A DNA stretch of 64,000 bases from Neophaeotheca triangularis (lineage: Eukaryota): the NCBI GenBank assembly GCA_054600435.1, contig BAAIJX010000012.1, forward strand, positions 372,001 through 436,000, read 5' to 3'. Both the position numbers and the translations under genes were made by a program. Below, piece after piece: positions 38,151-46,642 of this stretch. The notes under the pieces were generated by a model, which ran no database searches, had not been told where the DNA came from, and saw only the letters and a program-made list of their open reading frames with translations. Position 1 is the first letter of the stretch. The number at the start of each line of letters is the position of its first letter.

Positions 38151-39023
38151 TGGTCTTGAGCCCGACAGATTTAGCATAATTCCTAGTTTCGACGAGAGCT
38201 CGATGAGCATATTACCTTCCACGATGCTGTGCCGACGAGCGACGTCTAATCGCTCATCGAAACCGAACAAGTACTTCGACAGTGTTCTCTGGAGGATTTC
38301 TAGGGAGGGTTGTCGGTATTATGACAAGCTCAAATGTACACTGTCCAAGATAACGATACAAACGGAATCGCGAATGGGAAAAGGAGTGACTAGCGCGTCA
38401 TGGACAACGATGTGCATAGCAGTAAAGCATCACACGGAGAAGATGGAGAGAGTTGTACAGACAATGACTCGGCAGCACTCTTCCTGTTGTTACCGGGCAA
38501 TAGTATAGCGACTTGGGGGAGAGAGAGAGAACTAGGTAGGAGGTAGCAATATTATAATAACAGTATTCGGGATGTCCAAGAAAACAGCTTCGCGGGCACG
38601 GGAAGCTTTGAATAATAAGGTAGGTACATGAGGTCAGGGTCAGCGTCAGGGGGCCAGTGGTGGTGGTGGGGAAAACTTCGGGCTCTGGAGTGACCATCTC
38701 CCTGCCTGGTAAGTAATTAAAGGCTGTCGACGTGGCAGCAGTGTACACGTGCGAGGTCATCAATACGACCCTTGACGGCATCGACGTGTCGTCTGTAGGA
38801 AGCGGTCGAGTTCCGACAACCATCGCTGTTATGATGGTTGTGTTTACGGCTCATGCTTTGACTTTTTGACTCTTGTTGCTTGGCTGGATAGACTCCCGTC
38901 GATGAGGGGAACTGGGATAGTTCGTAGATTGATATCACGTGAAACCGCGTCACTTCGGCGCTTTGATCGTTCAAGCTTTAGCTGTATGTCTAGATTGCAA
39001 CAAGAGAACCTCTGTCGGTGCAA

Positions 39024-40526
39024 TCAGCCAGGTGAAACACCGCCCTTCCAGTACCTGCTGGGCACAAACGGCATCTTGGTAACCTTCGCCTTTCTCTTCT
39101 TCCCTCTGACCATCACAAAAACCTCGCTGTCATTCTTGTGCAGCCCGTCCTTGGTGCTGATGTAACCCATGGCGATGTTCTTCTTCAGCGTCGGGCTCGG
39201 GCATCCCGACGTAACATTGCCAATGCTGTTACCCTCTGCATCCACAATCTCCGCCCCTTCTCTCGCGGGCGAACCCTCGACGATCAAACCGATTCTTCGC
39301 CGTTGGAAGCCCGCGCCGCCTTTGCTCACCGGAGTAAGCTGGGGAATGATCTTCTCGGCGCCATTGAACCCAGAACCTTCTTGCGAACGACGTGCCTTTC
39401 CGACAATCCAGCTCAGGTTCGCCTCTACCGGTGTCGTCGTGTCGTCGAGGTCGTGCCCGTACAGGCACATGCCAGCTTCGAGACGGAGACTGTCACGCGC
39501 GCCGAGTCCGGCAAATCGGAGCTTATCCGGCCCGGCCTGGTCCATGAGGTGGTTGGTGACTTCGACGGTTTGGGAGGGGTGTATGGAAAGCTCGAAACCG
39601 TCTTCGCCAGTGTAACCGCCTCTGCTTGCGACAATGGGTAGACTTTCTCCCGAAGAAAGTTGGAAAGTGAGGTGTTTTACTTGCCCGAAGTACCAGGTTT
39701 GCATGTCGATTTTGCACGATTCTGCCAGTGCCTGTTGCATGATGCCCACAGCGAGCGGGCCTTGAAGTGCTATCAGACCGTAGGGTTCACCGTTGGCCTG
39801 GAGGTTTCTCAGCTGCACCACTGGATTGACAGTGTTTTGCCAGTTGTCCAGGTGAGCGCTGAGATAGTCAAAGTCCTTTTGCCTGCAACCTGCGTTGGTG
39901 ACCATGTAGAACAAGTGCTTGGGACCGTTCTCCAGTCGAGTGATGATGCAGTCGTCTACAATACCTCCCGTCTTTGGATGTAGGAGGGCGGACAGGCCAG
40001 ACTGGCCGACAGCTAGATCTTTGAGTCCTGCAGGTGTTATCGATTCGAGGAAAGCCTCGGCTCCGGGCCCTTCGACATGGTATTGGACCATGTGTCCAAC
40101 GTCGAACAGCGAGCACTTTTCTCTCGTCCATTTGTGGCTGTCGCCGACAGAAAGGTCGCCGTACTGGACTGGCATCGAGTAGCCGCCAAACGGCACCATT
40201 TTGCCTCCATTGTCGAGATGTAACTGGTAGAGAGCGGTCTTTCCAGGGTTTTCGTCGGTGTAGAAGGTCGGGATCGGCTCCGCAACTGTGCTCTCGCGTC
40301 TGGTCTGTTGCAGTGGCGAGCATCGCTGATGTTGGGGCGAGACTGCCGGACGCTGGCTGAACGATGCAACGCTTCGAGCTCCAAACGATGGGGTGCTGTT
40401 TGAAGACGATGGCGGAATTTGACGCGATGCATTCGCCGATAGCGTCCTCGAGGCCGGGCGAACCTGTTGCGCCGCAAGGCGGCCTGAAGTTGCCAGAGGC
40501 CTTAGGGTGAGCCTGGAAGTTGCCAT
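39024..40526 (-). CDS. GCV1: Glycine cleavage system T protein (aminomethyltransferase), mitochondrial
   Basis: R/S-rich presequence plus KTALYQLH..GGKMVPFGGYSMPVQY, LFDVGHM, RGGYTGEDGFE and GLGARDSLRLEAGMCLYGHD. Confidence 0.97.
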   Translation of the reverse strand: MATSRLTLRPLATSGRLAAQQVRPASRTLSANASRQIPPSSSNSTPSFGARSVASFSQRPAVSPQHQRCSPLQQTRRESTVAEPIPTFYTDENPGKTALYQLHLDNGGKMVPFGGYSMPVQYGDLSVGDSHKWTREKCSLFDVGHMVQYHVEGPGAEAFLESITPAGLKDLAVGQSGLSALLHPKTGGIVDDCIITRLENGPKHLFYMVTNAGCRQKDFDYLSAHLDNWQNTVNPVVQLRNLQANGEPYGLIALQGPLAVGIMQQALAESCKIDMQTWYFGQVKHLTFQLSSGESLPIVASRGGYTGEDGFELSIHPSQTVEVTNHLMDQAGPDKLRFAGLGARDSLRLEAGMCLYGHDLDDTTTPVEANLSWIVGKARRSQEGSGFNGAEKIIPQLTPVSKGGAGFQRRRIGLIVEGSPAREGAEIVDAEGNSIGNVTSGCPSPTLKKNIAMGYISTKDGLHKNDSEVFVMVRGKKRKAKVTKMPFVPSRYWKGGVSPG

Positions 40527-41151
40527 GTTGTTTCGCGAACTAAAGCCTCGCTCGGAGCGTCAATGGCACAGTCTAGATGACGGAGCGAAGAAAGAGGTGC
40601 TCTCAGCAAGCTGGAAGGTATAGCCGTCTCTACCTTGATTACCCAGACTGCGAGTCGAGGAAGCAAAAGGAACAACAACGACATGGGAGGTCAATGGGCA
40701 GTATTTATTATTTATGTAGGCGACGGTCTTAGCTTCCCGTTCGGGCAATAAAGAGCGGAAAGCGCAGGCATAGAGAGGCTGAGGTTCTGGCCCAAGCTCT
40801 CGGGCTCTCTCTCAGACGGTCGTCTCATCAGTCAGCACAGCACCTCACCACCGGAAGGGAGGTGCAGGTGGTCTCGTGGAGAACTGGAGAAGCCACCCGA
40901 CCTGCAATTACAGTAACTTACTAGTACAGCTGCTTGATTGAGCTAGCAAGCAAGCAGTGGCAGCCAGCCAGCCAGCAACGACATCTCTCATCAGACGGGT
41001 ACTACAACAACTACCTCCAACTACCTTCTATTAGTACTCTACCTATACATCTCGTACATTGACGGCTGTGCAACTGTAATACCATAGCAGTCTGCCCCTG
41101 CTCCAGTAGCTTCCCGCTTCCTCTCAACACCAACACCGGCAGCCGCGCGCA

Positions 41152-42502
41152 ATGGCTCCCTCGACCTTCTTCCTCGTCTCCCTCCCCACCTCCATCTCCC
41201 CCTCCGACAACCGCGACGAGGCCCTTACCGCACTCCGATCCGCCGTTTCCACCGACCTTGGCACCACTCACCCCTTTCCCATACCAGACTTCAAGATTGG
41301 CACTCTCGATGGACTGGTACAGCAGGCAGACGAGCTGGGCAAGCTTGAGGGTGGCTGCAGAGCAGTAGTCGAGAAAGTGGCCGATTCGCTACGGAGTCTA
41401 CTCGAGGGCGACGAGCGAAAGATTGCTGAACAGAAGACTGTAAACAACCGTAAGTATCCTTCATGAACCATAGCAGCACCAAGATAGTTGGGAAGCTAAC
41501 CAAACGTCTTCTCCCCCAAAAAGGCCCCGTGGAAAACTACCTACACAACTTTCAATGGAACAAAGTCAAATATCGCGCCGACAACCGTCCCATCTCCGAA
41601 CTCATCAGCCTACTGCGCAAAGAGATCGAATCCGTCGACAACGACGTCAAAACAAAATACAACCAATACAACAGCACCAAAACCTCCTTGGCCTCGCTCT
41701 CCCGCAGCAAAACCGGCAACCTGTCGCAGAAATCTCTCACCGAAGTCGTCAACCCGGATAAACTGCTCTCGCCCGACCAATCCGAGTACTTGCAGCAACA
41801 CATCATCGCGGTGCCCAAGATGCAGGACCGCGACTTCCTCAAGAGCTACGAGTCGCTGTCTGAAATGGTTGTGCCCCGTTCCGCGCTGCTGTTGGCCAAG
41901 GACGATGAGTTCATGTTGTATGTGGTGACGGTTTTCAAAAAGCATTCGACGGAGTTTGTGCACAAGTGTAGGGAGCGGAGGTGGACGCCGAGAGAGTGGA
42001 AGTTCCACGAGGGAGGAAGGGAAGCGGAAGAGGCCGAGTTGCAGCGCTTGGAGAAGGAGGAGAAGCGACAGTGGGGTGAGGCGCTCAGGCTGGGAAACAC
42101 TGGCTACTCGGACGCCGTGATGGCGTGGCTGCACGTGCTGGCTTTGCGAGTGTTCGTTGAAACGGTGCTGCGGTACGGCCTGCCGCTCAGCTACGTCTGC
42201 GGTATCATACAGGTGCGTAGTGCTAACCCTCACCACACGCTCTACGAAATTAGGAAATCGGACGAAAGACCAACTTCGCATACTAACCCGTATGGTGGCA
42301 GACCAACCCCAAAGTCTCGAAAAAAGCAAAGGGCAGCCTCGACGCCTGCTTCTCCGATCTCGGCGGCAACGCCATGTCCAAAGACAAAAAGGGTCGGCCG
42401 GTCAAGGACGATGGAAACATGGCGCAGGAAATGGCCGGAGCCGGGTTGGGTGGCGATCAGGGGTACGAGCCGTACGTGTTTTATGAGTTTGAGATTATAT
42501 AG
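41152..42502 (+). CDS. VMA5: V-type ATPase V1 subunit C
   Basis: Motifs IPDFKIGTLD.LVQQADEL.K, FQWNKVKY, MVVPRSA and LRVFVETVLRYGLP. Introns 41450-41523 and 42213-42301. Last exon ends YEPYVFYEFEII* (TAG 42500-42502). Confidence 0.95.
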
Positions 42503-43000
42503 GCGGGTGAAGGGAGTGGGTGGGTGTTTAGTTGTAGGCGGTGGCGTTGGAGTGGTGGGAAGGAGTGGAAGTGAAGAATGTGCATTATCGATTGATATAG
42601 AAGAGTCTATACCCTTATTCTGTGAAGGCCTTCTTGAAGTGCTTCCTTGTGTAACCTTCATTACCCCCTCACAACGACAACGAGCTTGAAAATATTCATC
42701 CCCTTCCGTCACCGCAGGACTAGAGCTCCCCTGTAACCACCAACTATTCTAGCTCAACGACTCGTCCGACAGCTCTATCCCTAGAGGCAAAACATATGGA
42801 ACCGACCGAGACTACAGGAAAAAAACGCAAGCCTCAAGAATCCCGTTGACCCCTTGCCCAAGTCGGTTTCTAGAAAAGGCACTTAACAATGAACAACTGC
42901 CCTAACCACCCCCTGCACTCAACCTCCCAGTCCCTAGATCTCTGACGCGCCACCCCTTGCCTACTCAAACTGCCCAATCTCCTCCTTTAGCACACGCCAA

Positions 43001-43001
<1 letters not shown>

Positions 43002-43038
<37 letters not shown>
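43002..43038 (+). repeat. A37 homopolymer
   Basis: Read directly from the sequence. Confidence 0.9.
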
Positions 43039-43039
<1 letters not shown>

Positions 43040-43670
43040 CCACGATACCCAACACCACGCATCCGGTACAAAGCGCCGCCTCGCTCCAAAGAGACACACC
43101 CGTCCAGCAGCCCGGCCAAAAAAAGCCTCCCAACTCGATTCTCGCGCAACTTGCGCCAACGAGACTCGCCACGCTTCGGGAGCACGGCCAAACAACTCCT
43201 CCCTTGCGCCCGTGCCTTTGCTCTCTGACTTGCTCGTTGTGGAAGATGGCTAGACCGCCGATGCCATCGCTCACGCACGGGAAACCGCAGCTCAACACCA
43301 GCGACGCTGCCACGAGCAGGTCGAGTCATCGAGCTCGACGGCAGGGTCTGCGCGTGCTATTTCAAGCGAGAATCCATATCTTGCTTTGCAACCGTTATCC
43401 CACGTGGAGAAAACGGCGGGGGATAAAAGGCGGAATCGCCCTCGGCTCCGGGAGATACTCTTTACCGTTCGGCTGGTTTCCTAGCACTCGGCAGCGGGGA
43501 GGAGAGTACTTACCCTGCGCTCTTCGTGGCCAAACCGGGCTCGAACTTCTGCCAGTTCCGCACCGTTCCTGCGTTATCGGCTCAGCCGCGCTCGTCAGCT
43601 CTCGAGCGCCGGCTTCGAAAAGCAGCTGCCACGCGCCCGAGTCTTCCAGCCCGAGATCTCAGTGCCAGCG

Positions 43671-43690
43671 AAAAAAAAAAAAAAAAAAAA
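43671..43690 (+). repeat. A20 homopolymer
   Basis: Read directly from the sequence. Confidence 0.9.
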
Positions 43691-44238
43691 GAGCACCCAA
43701 GTCCACCCACCGCGTCCATGGCGAGTGCAACTCCTGGGGCGCTGTTGGCGAGCTCGTCATGAGTTGTGGCAGCTATGGTTTTGAATTCGGCGACCTCAGT
43801 GTTTGCAGCAACCCCCTTTGGACTCAACCCCCTTGGACTCACCGCGGCGTGGGTAGCTGGTGGGATATCTGGGCGTATGCGGTGGTGTCTTTATTGGTCT
43901 TGGTGCCTACAAAATTTTCCTTTTGCGGGTTTTGTGATTTCGTTGGGGATGAGATTCTGTTCTTTCGTGGTGAAGGGGAGGGAATGAGAGACGGAGGGAG
44001 GAAGGGGTAGGAGGGGCAGAAGTAGAAGCTCAAGGGGAAAGTGGCGTAGTGGCCTTACCGTAGTTGTGGGAGCCAGCATACCATTGCAATATTGGAAAGC
44101 GTAAAAGCTGCTTACCGGGCATCTTGTTGAAGCGGCTACGACCGTTAAACCCATGGCTCTGAAAGCGGTGAATACGCATTAAGCCCCAACGCAGCCCCTC
44201 CCCTCTTCAGCCATCATGAGCCAAGACCCGCCAACAGC

Positions 44239-44993
44239 CTACATCCCCTCTCTCCCCCCTCCACCAATCCCACTCCCCACGCCCTCCCCAACCCCAGCCG
44301 GCAAAGTATGATCCCTCGGATCCGCTGCCGCTTCATACAAAAAGCTCACCGGCTCCCTCGCCAGCCTCAACCACTCGCCCTTAAATCCCAAATAACTGAT
44401 TTTCGTAACCTCCTCCTCCCCACCGGACCAATTGTCCTCGAAGAAGAGGTCGAGACTCGTCGTCGCGTTGAAAAGGGCGCGTTTGAGCGGTATCTCTTGG
44501 ATTTCGTTGCTTTGAGCTAACTCGAGAGTTTGCGTGGCTGGGAGTTCGGAAGCTGTGGGGAAGTCGAGCGAGGGCCGGTTGGCGTGGAGTTTGAGGGTTG
44601 AGGGTGCGTGTGCGGTCGTGGAGGTACGAATCAAGAGGGCGTGGAGGCGGATTTGGGCTGTGAAGCTGGAAGGAAGGGGTCGGTCGTTAGTGTATGTTTT
44701 ATGTTTAAATGTGGGATGGCGGAAGTGTTGGCATACGGTATGTGCATCAGTAACTGCTCGTCTGCGTCGCTACTGAGCTCCGGCTCGGGGTTTAGGCGTT
44801 CGAGCCATGTTTTTTGCACGACTTTGCTGCCGGAGCGCGGTTCGCGTTCGTTGAGCGTGTTGATGGCGGAGAAGTCGATTTGTTCGTAAATGTGGTTTTG
44901 GAGCGCTGGCGTGATGTCGTCGCTGTGGTCGTGGGCGGCGCCTTCCGAGTGGTCGTGGCCGTGGTGGTCGTGTTCGTCGTGGCAGTGGGACAT
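44239..44993 (-). CDS. PITH domain protein (PITHD1-like)
   Basis: MSHCHDEH... His-rich N-terminus, LSSDADEQLLMHIP|FTAQIRLH across intron 44666-44736, and YEAAADPRDH. Confidence 0.9.
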
Positions 44994-45276
44994 TGTTGTC
45001 GTAAGGTTGTTCGGATTGGGGAGCTGTCCAGCAGCTTTATGTGCTGGCTACATTGCTGGTGATGGATGTTGGAGTGAAGGTGGGAGAAATGACAAAGCGG
45101 GGCAGCAGACGCGAGGGATGCGCCTGAGCACGTGAGGGTTGTGCACTGCAAGTTAATGATGCGAGCGTACGGAGTGGACGTTAGTACACTACGTAACATA
45201 TGTTCGCCCAGTGCTTCATCTCGGGTATCTTAACGCCATCGCTGTATGCAAACCAAAACTCCAGTGTTCCCTTCCG

Positions 45277-46047
45277 TCATGCTGCCATGGGTTGAGCGGC
45301 TTGCTCCTCTGCCCTCTCCCTTGCCCTCCTCTTTGCTCTCTCTGCTGACGTCTCTATTGGATCTTTGGAAGGCGGATCGGGCATTGGAGGATTGACAGGG
45401 GCCTCCGGCAACTTGGGCGTCTCTCTTGGTTGCTCCGCCTCACGCATTCGTTCCAGCTCGTCCTCGACATCGTCCTCGTCTTGATTCGACATCTTACCAG
45501 CGAGCATGTCGTTGATTTCCTACAGAACCTAGTCAGCACGCAAATATCCACAGCCGTGGAAAACCGTGGGCGTACCTCTTGATATGCCCTAGCCTCCTCG
45601 CTCTCCTCCATAATCAAGCCAACCTTGTCCAATCCTCCAATCTCCTTGTGTATCTCTTTCAATACCGACGTGCCCTGCTGCAAACCAAAGACCACGTCCT
45701 TCTGAACCAAAGCAAACTCTACATCAGAAGTCAAAGCCTCAAGCTGAGCCAGCTGCTGGTCCGTCTTCTGCAGCAAGCTTTCTTGATACTTCTTCCTCCG
45801 CAGAGCAAGCAAGGCTCTTTTCTTATCGCCATTGCGCAAGCATTCCTTGGCAATGTCGGTCTCACGGGTGGTGATGGTTGTAATGCGCTTCTGGTATTGG
45901 TGGAGTTTGTCGCGCTGGATCTTCATGTCCAGGATAGCTCTGTGGGAGGGGCGTCAGTGAAGGCTCCGAGTATTCGACTTGATTTGGACGCCTTTATTCG
46001 TACTTGTCCTGGGCAGTGACCTTGTTGGAACTGCTCGAGTTCCCCAT
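45277..46047 (-). CDS. VPS20: ESCRT-III subunit Vps20/CHMP6
   Basis: Myristoylation-type N-terminus MGNSSSSNKVTAQDK, then AILDMKIQRDKLHQYQKRI...ALLALRRKKYQESLL. Introns at ~45940-46003 and ~45520-45575. Confidence 0.93.
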
Positions 46048-46376
46048 GTTGACAATGACACGCCGCGACAAACAGCCATGAGCCGGTCAGCGACGTTTTG
46101 CTCTAGATGCGAAGGGATGGTAGATAAGACATGATAGATGCCTTATCTTACCTATGGCCCAGGTGAATCTGTTGCGATGCCTTGGCCCCCCACCGCGTCA
46201 CTACTTTACTACCTCATGCCTCGAAGGTAAGGTACGTACCTAGTCCCCGCCCGCCAACCCTGGAGCCAACGGCATCAGCCACAGCCACAGCTTCCGCCCT
46301 CCCACCTCGTGCGCCGGCTCGACCCGCCTTTGTGCAGCAAGTGTGGCGCCAATTTCTCAAAAGTCTAGGTACGGTA

Positions 46377-46405
46377 CCACCACCACCACCACCACCACCA
46401 CCACC
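46377..46405. repeat. (CCA)n microsatellite
   Basis: About 9-10 copies read directly from the sequence. Confidence 0.85.
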
Positions 46406-46577
46406 GTGCTTACCTTAGGTACTCTTCCAATCGCAAACAAAAACACAAGCTCAAGGCGAGTAGCCAAAGAATTGCCGGTTAGGGACAAGGTACGCATCAC
46501 TGAGAAGAGGCTTCTTCATGATTGGATGCGCCACATTAAATCCGCACATCAGCCGCCCTTCCTTTTGGAGATATCGC

Positions 46578-46585
46578 AAAATTTT
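46578..46585. promoter_or_regulatory. RRPE-like element AAAATTTT upstream of RIX7
   Basis: Lies 58 nt upstream of the ATG of a ribosome-biogenesis gene and matches the AAAWTTTT consensus. Confidence 0.45.
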
Positions 46586-46642
46586 GCCGGCTGCTCCGTC
46601 GCATCGCCTTCAAATCCAGATCTGATATAAATCGTCCCGGAT

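Larger units (their letters stand above)
42700..43900 (+). ncRNA. Candidate telomerase RNA (TER/TR); ends approximate
   Basis: Template-like CCCTAACC at 42900-42907, pseudoknot at 43351-43416, core-enclosing helices, and long-range pairing of 42708-42800 with 43715-43886. No credible CDS. Lies in an unusually wide gap between convergent genes. Folded by eye only. Confidence 0.72.

Noticed and set aside
42957..44010. ORFs with poly-Lys or poly-Phe runs (e.g. 43204-44010)
   Set aside because: These are artefacts of A-homopolymers in GC-rich structured sequence, with non-ATG starts and no protein motifs.
44176..44192. GGGGCTTA on the - strand resembling RNase MRP/P CR-V
   Set aside because: The matching CR-I would fall inside the PITH coding sequence and is not present.
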